Below are positions 34,149 to 43,486 of a stretch of DNA of 64,000 bases, one piece after another. The stretch lies in the sequence record KP869111, one strand, 5' to 3'. Each line of letters starts with the position of its first letter. Position 1 is the first letter of the stretch. Position numbers and translations under genes: made by a program. Source of the DNA: Escherichia coli O157 typing phage 13. The notes under the pieces were generated by a model. It saw only the letters and a list, made by a program, of their open reading frames with translations, was not told the origin of the DNA and did no database searches.

Positions 34149-34454
34149 TTATTTTCCTCGACATTCTTTAATGAAATTTTCTAGATTGGTAGATTCAATA
34201 GCTTTTTTACGAGCTTCTGCGTGTTCTTCTTCAGACAATTTACATTTATAATTGACCCAGACGTTATGGTCGAAACTAGTCGTGGCATATAATAACAATG
34301 CTCCAACGAATAGCAAAAACGGCGATAAGAATACAAAACCAGGAACACCATCCATACTGTAAGCCTTTTGTAATACTGCAACAGAAAGAGCTGCGTAAAA
34401 AAGTGATACAAATATTGTTAAAAGACCAATTCGGTTGGTTTCGCCTAATTTCAT
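34149..34454 (-). CDS. Hypothetical membrane protein
   Basis: 101 aa; two hydrophobic helices then a charged C-terminus; first gene after the promoter at 34483-34512. Confidence 0.5.
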   Translation of the reverse strand: MKLGETNRIGLLTIFVSLFYAALSVAVLQKAYSMDGVPGFVFLSPFLLFVGALLLYATTSFDHNVWVNYKCKLSEEEHAEARKKAIESTNLENFIKECRGK

Positions 34455-34482
34455 AATATTCTCCTCATGTTTTAATAGGACT

Positions 34483-34512
34483 ACTATAACATAGCCCTAT
34501 CAAGATGTAAAC
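34483..34512 (-). promoter_or_regulatory. T4-type early promoter inside a palindromic cassette (copy of 24222-24260)
   Basis: Minus strand GTTTACATCTTGATAGGGCTATGTTATAGTAGTCCTA; 35 of 37 nt identical to the cassette at 24222-24260. Confidence 0.6.
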
Positions 34513-34515
34513 TAC

Positions 34516-34803
34516 TTACAGAAGAGTTTTTGCAATAATTTTAAGCTGAGCTACAGAAATATGCTTAGCTTTAAACAGTGCGGTCTCTTCAGCCGGAGAG
34601 ATAACAATAGTAGCGCCATCTTTCTTAGCAGACCATCCATCCCCTAAGTAAACAGTACCTTTTACTTCTTCGCCGTCAACCAGACTAATCATTGGTTTAC
34701 CCTCACGTCCTTTATTTGCTTTAATAACTTCGGAAGTAAGGGTTGCTTCGGTCAGAGTAGAAACGTTAGCAACAGGTGATATAAATTCTTTATAGGTTTT
34801 CAT
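34516..34803 (-). CDS. ipI: Internal protein I-like (capsid targeting sequence)
   Basis: 95 aa (the T4 IPI precursor length); starts MKTYKEFISPV with a TLTE-A protease-type site; sits next to 57B as ipI does in T4. Confidence 0.6.
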   Translation of the reverse strand: MKTYKEFISPVANVSTLTEATLTSEVIKANKGREGKPMISLVDGEEVKGTVYLGDGWSAKKDGATIVISPAEETALFKAKHISVAQLKIIAKTLL

Positions 34804-34837
34804 TTTATTTCCTTGAGGTTGTTTATTTGATAGGATG

Positions 34838-34867
34838 ATAGTATCACACCATCATACTTATGTAAAC
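34838..34867 (-). promoter_or_regulatory. T4-type early promoter upstream of the ipI-like gene
   Basis: Minus strand GTTTAC (34867-34862), 18-nt spacer, TACTAT (34843-34838). Confidence 0.5.
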
Positions 34868-34880
34868 TGTTTTGTGAAAA

Positions 34881-35566
<686 letters not shown>

Positions 35567-35570
35567 TTTA

Positions 35571-36305
35571 TTACCTTAAGATTGTTTCAATTTTAGAATA
35601 AAGCTCTTCTAAAGAGCCGTCGTTTGTAATAACTAAATCGCCTTCTTCAATAGGCAACCCAGCTTCTGTAATATGTTTATCAGTGGATTCCGTACCAGAG
35701 CGAACCACATGAATAACTGTAGCACCCATCGCTCTAGCGGTTTCCATTTCATGGACTTGGCGTGTATCGGTTACAACATAGTAATCGAAATCACTTCCAA
35801 TATAATCCATATAGTTTAATGCAAAAAGTTTAACCCAATACATACGGTCAAATAAATTAACGACAACATCCGTACCGAGGGCTTGCATAAGACGGCGGAT
35901 TGACCATGTGTCGTTGATATTATTTATAGCTTCACGCAGGGCTTCATACGGTTTAATATCTAGATATGAATACCCACCTTCTAAGGATGATAATACTTTA
36001 ACATTATTAATTGGTAAATATTGACTTTGTAAATAAATTAGCGCTTCTTCCAATAATTCAATAACATCCAACTTATTGAGATTTAATGGTGTTTCACGGT
36101 CATATCCGACACCTTCAAAGTATTCGTATTTCAACTCTGTGAATACATTAGGGTTTTCGGCATGTTTACGTCCCCAGGCTATTGCTAGAGCGTCTTTAAT
36201 CGGATATGCCAATTGGTATTTTACGGATTTAAAGTTTGAATTGATGTAATCAGCAGTGGTGTCTTTACCACTACGTTTGACGCCACTTAAAAAGATTAGC
36301 TCCAT
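35571..36305 (-). CDS. 1: Deoxynucleoside monophosphate kinase gp1
   Basis: 244 aa; MELIFLSGVKRSGKDTTADY... matches recalled T4 gp1 (241 aa). Confidence 0.93.
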   Translation of the reverse strand: MELIFLSGVKRSGKDTTADYINSNFKSVKYQLAYPIKDALAIAWGRKHAENPNVFTELKYEYFEGVGYDRETPLNLNKLDVIELLEEALIYLQSQYLPINNVKVLSSLEGGYSYLDIKPYEALREAINNINDTWSIRRLMQALGTDVVVNLFDRMYWVKLFALNYMDYIGSDFDYYVVTDTRQVHEMETARAMGATVIHVVRSGTESTDKHITEAGLPIEEGDLVITNDGSLEELYSKIETILR

Positions 36306-36358
36306 AGGTTTTCCTCATATAATTTATGAGTGATTATAACATACGGAGCTAGAAGCGA

Positions 36359-36943
36359 TTAACGCAAGGAAGGGTGTCTAGAAATGGATTTAGATTCGAC
36401 TGCTTGACGTGGTTGTTGAGATACAATGACTTCACCATCCTTTTCTATCGTCATATACGCATAGTGAATAGTTGCTACGCACGTAACGGCAGGGTCAGAA
36501 TCTTCAGTGTAACTAAATTCAATTTCGCTCAGATCGGAAATCCATGGTTTATAGAAATTTGCCGTCAAAACTACTTCTGTCTTATTGTTATTTAAAATGT
36601 GCAAAGTAACAAACTCAGGACCATCGGAGTGGGCAGTATTATGTCCGGTTATATAGTTATTAGTGCTGAGCATCCATTTATACATGTTCATCCAGGACGT
36701 CATGTCTTCATCAACTATAAATCGTACAATAAAAGGGTCGTATTCAAATGTGGTGCCTGCACGCATTGCACGTCCTAACCCCATTGTGCCTGTCACAGTT
36801 TCAACAACAGGAATTCTCACACCTGGCAACGGTGCCGTTTGAGCATTGAGCACAAAACCCGAAGTTCGTGTACTATCTGGGATATCCACAACAAAGTTTG
36901 TTATATTTGTTTGGTTAAAAATCTGTCTCGTTGGACGAGTCAT
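36359..36943 (-). CDS. 3: Tail completion and sheath stabilizer protein gp3
   Basis: Track ORF starts with GTG at 36949; ATG at 36943 with GAGGTG Shine-Dalgarno; synteny 1-3-2-4. Confidence 0.8.
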   Translation of the reverse strand: MTRPTRQIFNQTNITNFVVDIPDSTRTSGFVLNAQTAPLPGVRIPVVETVTGTMGLGRAMRAGTTFEYDPFIVRFIVDEDMTSWMNMYKWMLSTNNYITGHNTAHSDGPEFVTLHILNNNKTEVVLTANFYKPWISDLSEIEFSYTEDSDPAVTCVATIHYAYMTIEKDGEVIVSQQPRQAVESKSISRHPSLR

Positions 36944-37045
36944 AAGCACCTCAAAAACGCTTTAATAAAAATGCAGTATAATGGTTTTAGGTCTCTTCCA
37001 TTAATCTGGTTCAACAGAATATCAGAAGAACGGAAGAGAATAGAA

Positions 37046-37867
37046 TTAAGATTTCCAAACAGTATTCGCAGAGAAACGTTTTCCTTTTGACATAAATTGC
37101 TGAGTAGGTAACATGATTATGTTAGCCCAGTCTTTAGGAGCTATTTCTGTTATTGTTCCTCTAATGTGGCCTGGCAGGTATGCTTTAATCATTTTGTCCG
37201 CACCTTGAAATCCTTTCACCTTGCTCCAGTCTATCTTCAACTTTGTGTTATTAGTAATAGTAGTTGTGCTAGCATATTGCTTCAGCAATTCTTCAAGAAA
37301 CTGTTGTCGTGCTTTAGGTGGGATATAGTGCAAGTTTAACCCATACATCAAATTATGTTTACCTAATCCTAAATAAATAATCAAAGGATATCTGTCCCAA
37401 TACGGCAGAGTATCTTTATGTTTAGCATCATACACGTAAGTATAAATTTTGCCTGGCGTAGGCTTGACTACTTTATGACCTTTTACACTTTTCTTAATTG
37501 TTTCAACAAACCACTTAGATGATTTGTTGTTTACTGCTGCGCCTTCATTTCTAATCTTTTCTCGTATTGAACTGCGAAACGAGTTTATCATCAGAAGTTG
37601 ACGTTCTTGCTTATTGAGTTTATTTTTAGGTTTAGATTCAAGCGTTTCAATTTTCTGTGCAGTCTTAATAGATGATGCATATCTAGACATTGCAGATGTA
37701 AACGACGAGTATTTTATTCCTTTTGATTCTGCAAATGCTTTTGCAGTGATTCCTTTCTCTTTAGCTTTCTTGTATTCTAATCCTATCTCAATCCATTTTC
37801 TTTCATTCATAGACTGAGCAATCTTAGGGGCTTGTACGCCTTCAGATATAATTTGGAATATGCTCAT
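37046..37867 (-). CDS. 2: DNA end protector protein gp2
   Basis: 273 aa (T4 gp2 is 274 aa); basic protein; AAGGGGT Shine-Dalgarno; synteny. Confidence 0.85.
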   Translation of the reverse strand: MSIFQIISEGVQAPKIAQSMNERKWIEIGLEYKKAKEKGITAKAFAESKGIKYSSFTSAMSRYASSIKTAQKIETLESKPKNKLNKQERQLLMINSFRSSIREKIRNEGAAVNNKSSKWFVETIKKSVKGHKVVKPTPGKIYTYVYDAKHKDTLPYWDRYPLIIYLGLGKHNLMYGLNLHYIPPKARQQFLEELLKQYASTTTITNNTKLKIDWSKVKGFQGADKMIKAYLPGHIRGTITEIAPKDWANIIMLPTQQFMSKGKRFSANTVWKS

Positions 37868-37869
37868 AA

Positions 37870-38319
37870 TTACCCCTTGTATCCGAGTTTTCTAAGACCA
37901 TCTTCGGTTAGAACTCGAAATTTTATATTTCTCTTTTCAGCAACAGCTGAGGCAGCTTTCCATTTGTCACAGTTCACAGACCAGGTATATATTTCATTCA
38001 TATAACGTTTCTTTGCTGCGGTAGTAAGATTTGCGGGCTTAATAGGTGGTTGAGTTTCTTTCTTTGGTTTTATTTCTACAAAGAACTCTTGACCTGATGC
38101 ATCTTTCATCCATATGTCCATATAGTATCGACGTTTCTTACCTTCAGCATTACAAAAATATGGAATTACTGCTGTTTCACTACCCCATGCAATAATTTCT
38201 GGATTTTTATCCAACCATTCGAAAAAGAATTTTTCCCAGTTTGAACGATACGTTATTTTGGTATGGTCTCCACGGTATTTTTTTAAATTTTTTGGGACCC
38301 ATTTACCAGAGTAGGCCAT
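37870..38319 (-). CDS. 4: Head completion protein gp4
   Basis: Track ORF 37870-38463; ATG at 38319 preceded by AGGAGGA gives [18 protein letters not shown]..., matching recalled T4 gp4 (150 aa). Confidence 0.9.
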   Translation of the reverse strand: MAYSGKWVPKNLKKYRGDHTKITYRSNWEKFFFEWLDKNPEIIAWGSETAVIPYFCNAEGKKRRYYMDIWMKDASGQEFFVEIKPKKETQPPIKPANLTTAAKKRYMNEIYTWSVNCDKWKAASAVAEKRNIKFRVLTEDGLRKLGYKG

Positions 38320-38330
38320 GTTGTCCTCCT

Positions 38331-38338
38331 TATAAATA
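38331..38338 (+). promoter_or_regulatory. Late promoter TATAAATA (for gene 53)
   Basis: Exact TATAAATA 43 nt upstream of the gene 53 start. Confidence 0.7.
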
Positions 38339-38345
38339 GTATTAT

Positions 38346-38353
38346 TATTTATA
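38346..38353 (-). promoter_or_regulatory. Late promoter TATAAATA on minus strand (for gene 4)
   Basis: Exact TATAAATA on the minus strand about 27 nt upstream of the gene 4 ATG; divergent with the gene 53 late promoter. Confidence 0.65.
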
Positions 38354-38380
38354 CCAATTTCATATTGGAAGGAGACTATC

Positions 38381-38956
38381 TTGTTATTTACATTCTTCGA
38401 CCCAATAGGATATAGTGCTAAAACAGTTGATAAGAATGCACCTACTATTCCTATGACAGACATATTTCGTAACTATAAAGAGTACTTTAAGCGTGTGGCT
38501 GCCAATTATAGATTACGTTCTTATTATATTAAAGGCTCTCCGCGTCCTGAAGAACTAGCGAATATCATTTATGGCAACCCTCAATTATACTGGGTCCTTT
38601 TGATGTGCAACGATAACTACGACCCGTATTATGGTTGGATTACATCTCAGGAAGCAGCGTATCAAGCTTCTATTCAGAAATATGCTAATGCTGGCGGCGA
38701 CCAAGTTCTTTATCATATTAATGAAAATCGTGAGAAATTTTACAATTTGGTTTCATATCCGGACGAGCCTTTAGTGTGGTATGATAAAGGTGATGAAGCT
38801 CGTAAGTATCCGCAATATAAAGGACCTTTAGCTGCAGTAGATACTTATGAAGCTGCAGTATTAGATAATGAAAAACTTCGTAAAATAAAAATTGTTGCAA
38901 AAGAAGATATAAACTCGTTTATCACAGATTTGATTCGTGAGATGGAGATTGCATAA
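38381..38956 (+). CDS. 53: Baseplate wedge protein gp53 (TTG start)
   Basis: 191 aa; MLFTFFDPIGYSAKTV... matches recalled T4 gp53; start codon is TTG with GGAAGGAGA Shine-Dalgarno; no in-frame ATG nearby. Confidence 0.9.
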   Translation: MLFTFFDPIGYSAKTVDKNAPTIPMTDIFRNYKEYFKRVAANYRLRSYYIKGSPRPEELANIIYGNPQLYWVLLMCNDNYDPYYGWITSQEAAYQASIQKYANAGGDQVLYHINENREKFYNLVSYPDEPLVWYDKGDEARKYPQYKGPLAAVDTYEAAVLDNEKLRKIKIVAKEDINSFITDLIREMEIA

Positions 38957-40689
38957 TGGAAATGATTAGCAGTAGCCTTAATTGGTTCGTGGGTGTTGTC
39001 GAGGACAGAATGGACCCATTAAAACAAGGGCGAGTTCGAGTTCGAGTCGTTGGTCTTCATCCAGCACAGAGAGCACAAGGTGATGTACAAGGTATTCCTA
39101 CAGAAAAACTTCCATGGATGACTGTTATTCAACCTATTACGTCTGCATCAATGTCAGGTATTGGTGGTTCTGTTACAGGTCCTGTTGAAGGAACTCGAGT
39201 ATATGGTCATTTCTTAGACAAATGGAAAACAAACGGGATTGTACTTGGTACATACGGCGGAATCGTACGTGAAAAGCCTAATAGACTTGAAGGTTTTTCA
39301 GACCCGACAGGCCAGTATCCGCGACGTTTAGGTAATGATACGAACGTATTAAACCAAGGTGGTGAAGCTGGTTATTATTCAAACTCTAACGTAATTCAAG
39401 ATAACAACTTGGATTATGGTATAAACCCGGATGATACAGATTTAGCAAATATTCCGGAAGATGATGACCCTAATTTTACAATAACAGAAATGTTACGTCG
39501 TGACGAAGGTCTTCGTGATAAAGTGTATTGGGACCATCTCGGATATCCTACCGTAGGTATTGGACACCTTATAGTAATGGAAAAAACCCGAGATATGTCT
39601 AGAATTAATAAATTGTTATCCGATCAAGTAGGGCGTGAAGTAACAGGAAATCCTGGGACTATTACATTAGAAGAAGCAACAGCGTTATTTGAGAAAGACC
39701 TTGCTAAGATGCAGAAAGACATTCGTTCTAATTCTAAAGTAGGTCCTGTTTATGCTAAAATGAACAGATCTCGCCAAATGGCATTAGAAAACATGTGCTT
39801 CCAAATGGGCGTTGGTGGTGTAGCAAAATTCAATACTATGCTTAAAGCAATGGCCGAAGGCGATTGGAAAACTGCATACAAATCTGGACGCGATTCATTA
39901 TGGTTCCAACAGACTAAAGGGCGTGCTTCACGTGTAACAACAATTATTTTAACCGGTAACATGGAATCATACGGTGTTCCTGTTAAAACACCGCCTTCAC
40001 CAGGAGTTGGTGCTGATTTAGTTACTAGAAATACCGATCCGGAAGACCCTGCTGGTCCTCCTGTTCCATTAGATTCACGTATCCTTTTTAAAGAACCTGA
40101 ATCAAGTTATCGTGGTGAGTATCCATACGTTCATGCTATGGAAACAGAAAGTGGTCATATCCAAGAGTTTGACGATACTCCAGGTAATGAACGTTATCGC
40201 TTAGTTCATCCAACAGGGTCATATGAGGAAGTTTCTCCGTCTGGGCGTCGTACTCGTAAAACTGTAGAAGACCTTTTTGACATCACTAATGGTGATGGGA
40301 ACTTCTTGATTTCTGGCGATAAGCTTGTTAACGTTGGTGCTAATGAAATATATTATAACATGGCAGACCGCCTCCATCAAATAGACGGCAATGACACAAT
40401 CTTTATTCGTGGTAACCAATCTAAAACTGTTGAAGGCGATGGAACTCTTTACGTTAAGGGTAATATCAAAATAGTTGTTGACGGAAATGCAGATATTCTT
40501 GTTAAAGGTGATGCTAAAACTCAGGTCGAAGGGAATCATGATTACACCGTCAACGGAAACGTTAAATGGACTGTTAATGGTAATGTTGATATGACTGTTG
40601 CCGGTGATTGGGCAGAAAGAATGTCTACAATGAGCTCAGTAGCTTCAGGACAATACACTGTTGACGGATCTCGTATTGATATTGGGTAA
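38956..40689 (+). CDS. 5: Baseplate hub subunit and tail lysozyme gp5
   Basis: 577 aa (T4 gp5 is 575 aa); central lysozyme domain and C-terminal beta-helix VxGxxxxx repeats. Confidence 0.95.
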   Translation: MEMISSSLNWFVGVVEDRMDPLKQGRVRVRVVGLHPAQRAQGDVQGIPTEKLPWMTVIQPITSASMSGIGGSVTGPVEGTRVYGHFLDKWKTNGIVLGTYGGIVREKPNRLEGFSDPTGQYPRRLGNDTNVLNQGGEAGYYSNSNVIQDNNLDYGINPDDTDLANIPEDDDPNFTITEMLRRDEGLRDKVYWDHLGYPTVGIGHLIVMEKTRDMSRINKLLSDQVGREVTGNPGTITLEEATALFEKDLAKMQKDIRSNSKVGPVYAKMNRSRQMALENMCFQMGVGGVAKFNTMLKAMAEGDWKTAYKSGRDSLWFQQTKGRASRVTTIILTGNMESYGVPVKTPPSPGVGADLVTRNTDPEDPAGPPVPLDSRILFKEPESSYRGEYPYVHAMETESGHIQEFDDTPGNERYRLVHPTGSYEEVSPSGRRTRKTVEDLFDITNGDGNFLISGDKLVNVGANEIYYNMADRLHQIDGNDTIFIRGNQSKTVEGDGTLYVKGNIKIVVDGNADILVKGDAKTQVEGNHDYTVNGNVKWTVNGNVDMTVAGDWAERMSTMSSVASGQYTVDGSRIDIG

Positions 40690-40692
40690 TAT

Positions 40693-41208
40693 ATGGCACA
40701 AATACTTCCTTTAAATACCGACTTAGGAGAAGACATGGAAGGGGCGTCTATTGACGTCCTTTTTACTCCACAGTTAGAAACAACCGAAACTTTAGTGTCA
40801 ATAAATATAACAGATTATGAACCGACACAAGGCATTACGGTAGACGGCAATCGTTTATATGGAACATATGAAAGTGTGTTTAGCTTTTCTTCGGATGCAT
40901 TGAAATACCGATTAAATGATGATTTTGAAACAGCATCTTCATGGGATGATTTACCAAAAGATGAATCCACACAGTTATATTTGTGGAGAGCTCCTCAGAA
41001 TCTTCGTAAAGTGTTTAGTTATACGGTTGAAATGATTTATAACTACCAAGAAGAAAGTTCATCAGGCGGTTCTAGAAGTGACTCTGGTACAGAACCTCCA
41101 CCGGCTCCAGTACAAAAAACTCTTACTAAGGTTTATACAAAAACTATAGTAGGAAATTGGAGCAAATGGGCTCATCAATTACGAAACTATGTTTATGTGA
41201 GGCCGTGA
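40693..41208 (+). CDS. 5.1: Conserved hypothetical protein (T4 5.1 position)
   Basis: 171 aa ORF between genes 5 and 5.4. Confidence 0.6.
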   Translation: MAQILPLNTDLGEDMEGASIDVLFTPQLETTETLVSINITDYEPTQGITVDGNRLYGTYESVFSFSSDALKYRLNDDFETASSWDDLPKDESTQLYLWRAPQNLRKVFSYTVEMIYNYQEESSSGGSRSDSGTEPPPAPVQKTLTKVYTKTIVGNWSKWAHQLRNYVYVRP

Positions 41209-41210
41209 AA

Positions 41211-41504
41211 ATGTCTGGCTTAAGTTACGACAAGTGCGTTACAACAGGTCATGAAGCATGGCCTCCTACTGTAATAAATGCTTCCCAATCTAAAGTATTC
41301 ACCGGCGGTATTCCTGTTCTTGTAGCAGGAGACCAAATAACACCTCATACAGAAATTAAAAAACCATACGAGACTCATGGAGGTGTTACTGAACCTCGTA
41401 CATCTAAAGTATACGTCACCGGTAAAAAGGCCGTTCAAATGGCTGACCCAATTTCATGCGGGGATACTGTTTCTCAGGCCTCGTCAAAAGTCTTTATAAA
41501 ATAG
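41211..41504 (+). CDS. 5.4: PAAR-repeat baseplate spike tip protein gp5.4
   Basis: Track ORF 41157-41504; ATG at 41211 gives [21 protein letters not shown]..., matching recalled T4 gp5.4 (97 aa). Confidence 0.85.
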   Translation: MSGLSYDKCVTTGHEAWPPTVINASQSKVFTGGIPVLVAGDQITPHTEIKKPYETHGGVTEPRTSKVYVTGKKAVQMADPISCGDTVSQASSKVFIK

Positions 41505-41512
41505 GAATTAAA

Positions 41513-43486
41513 ATGGCAAACACTCCTGTAAATTATCAATTAACCCGAACAGCGAATGCTATTCCCGAGATTTTTATCGGGGGCACATTTGCCGAAATCA
41601 AACAGAACATTATCGAATGGCTCCATGGACAGAATGAATTTCTTGACTATGATTTTGAAGGTTCACGCTTAAACGTATTGTGCGACCTTTTAGCATATAA
41701 CACTCTTTACATCCAACAGTTCAGTAATAGTGCAGTGTATGAAAGTTTTATGCGCACTGCAAACTTGCGTAGCTCTGTTGTACAAGCGGCTCAAGATAAC
41801 GGATATCTGCCTTCATCTAAATCAGCAGCACAAACAGAAATTATGCTCACATGTACGGATGCGTTAAATAGAAACTATATCACCATTCCACGTGGCACTC
41901 GTTTCTTAGCATATGCTAAAGATACTTCTGTTAACCCATATAACTTTGTTTCTACTGAAGATGTCATTGTAGTTAAAGACAAAAATAACCAATATTTCCC
42001 ACGTCTTAGATTAGCTCAGGGACGTATTGTTCGTACTGAATTAACATTTGATAAATTAAAACCTATCATTATTCGTGATAAGAACATTGACCGTAATTTA
42101 GTTAAGTTGTACGTTGATGGAGCAGAATGGATTAACTGGACTCGTAAGTCGATGGTTCACGCTGGTTCTACGTCAACAATCTATTATATGCGTGAAACAG
42201 TTGATGGGAACACCGAATTTTATTTTGGTGAAGGCGAAATCTCTATTAACACATCAGAAGGTGCGTTAACATCCAACTATATTGGTGGCCTTAAACCTGT
42301 TCAGGGTTCTAAAATCGTAATTGAGTATATTTCTACTAATGGCGCAGATGCTAACGGTGCTGTAGGATTTTCTTATGCTGATACATTAGCTAATATCACG
42401 GTAATCGATATTAATGAGAACCCTAGCAATAACCCAGACTTTGTCGGGGCCGATGGCGGCGGCGACCCTGAAGATATTGAACGTATTCGAGAATTAGGCA
42501 CAATTAAACGCGAAACTCAACAACGTTGTGTAACCGCTTCCGACTATGACACATTCGTCTCTGAGCGGTTTGGTTCTATTATTCAAGCAGTTCAAACATT
42601 CACAGATTCGTCTAAACCTGGGTATGCATACATTGCTGCTAAGCCTAAATCTGGATTGTATTTGACTTCTGTCCAACGTGATGATATCAAAAACTATTTG
42701 AATGATTATAACTTAGGGACTATTACACCTGTTGTTATTTCGCCTGATTATTTGTTTATCAAAATGAATATCAAAGTTACGTACGCGTTGAATAAACTCC
42801 AAGAATCAGAACAATATCTTGAAGGGCAAATTATTAATAAAATTGACCGATATTATATTGAAGATGTAGAAATTTTTAACTCATCGTTTGCAAAATCTAA
42901 AATGCTAACTTATGTCGATGATGCAGATATTTCTATTATTGGTTCTTCAGCTACTATTCAAATGGTTCGCGAAGTACAGAACTTTTATAAAACGCCTGAG
43001 GCCGGTATTAAATACAATAATCAGATTAAAGATAGATCGATGGAATCTAATATATTCTCGTTTGATTCGCACAGACCTAATCCAGAAAATGCAAACGAAA
43101 CTATTAAATACGGTGTTCGCATAGTATCTTCTGACCGTAATGACCGTGGCATAGGTCAAGTTATTATTGGTCCATTTGCAGATGGCGATGTTGTTGAAAA
43201 CGAAAATATACAACCTTATACAGGTAATGATTTTAATAAACTTACTGTTACTGACGGACGAAACAAATACTATTCAATTGGTGAGGTGAATTATCCTGCC
43301 GATTCGATTTATTGGAACATTGCTAAAATTGACCTCACTTCAGACCGTTTTGAAGTTCAGACAATTGAACTTTATTCCGACCCTGCAGATGATATTATTT
43401 TTACAAAGGATGGTTCTTTAATCGTATTCGAAAATGACTTACGTCCTCAGTACTTAACTATAGATTTGGAGCCTATTTCACAATGA
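41513..43486 (+). CDS. 6: Baseplate wedge protein gp6
   Basis: Track ORF 41456-43486; ATG at 41513 gives MANTPVNYQLTRTANAIPEIFIGG..., matching recalled T4 gp6 (660 aa). Confidence 0.93.
   Translation: MANTPVNYQLTRTANAIPEIFIGGTFAEIKQNIIEWLHGQNEFLDYDFEGSRLNVLCDLLAYNTLYIQQFSNSAVYESFMRTANLRSSVVQAAQDNGYLPSSKSAAQTEIMLTCTDALNRNYITIPRGTRFLAYAKDTSVNPYNFVSTEDVIVVKDKNNQYFPRLRLAQGRIVRTELTFDKLKPIIIRDKNIDRNLVKLYVDGAEWINWTRKSMVHAGSTSTIYYMRETVDGNTEFYFGEGEISINTSEGALTSNYIGGLKPVQGSKIVIEYISTNGADANGAVGFSYADTLANITVIDINENPSNNPDFVGADGGGDPEDIERIRELGTIKRETQQRCVTASDYDTFVSERFGSIIQAVQTFTDSSKPGYAYIAAKPKSGLYLTSVQRDDIKNYLNDYNLGTITPVVISPDYLFIKMNIKVTYALNKLQESEQYLEGQIINKIDRYYIEDVEIFNSSFAKSKMLTYVDDADISIIGSSATIQMVREVQNFYKTPEAGIKYNNQIKDRSMESNIFSFDSHRPNPENANETIKYGVRIVSSDRNDRGIGQVIIGPFADGDVVENENIQPYTGNDFNKLTVTDGRNKYYSIGEVNYPADSIYWNIAKIDLTSDRFEVQTIELYSDPADDIIFTKDGSLIVFENDLRPQYLTIDLEPISQ

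Noticed and set aside
7985-34870. Intergenic repeats as a CRISPR array
   Set aside because: Repeats are dispersed across 27 kb, each sits between genes with promoter-like spacing, and there are no regularly spaced unique spacers; they are promoter cassettes.
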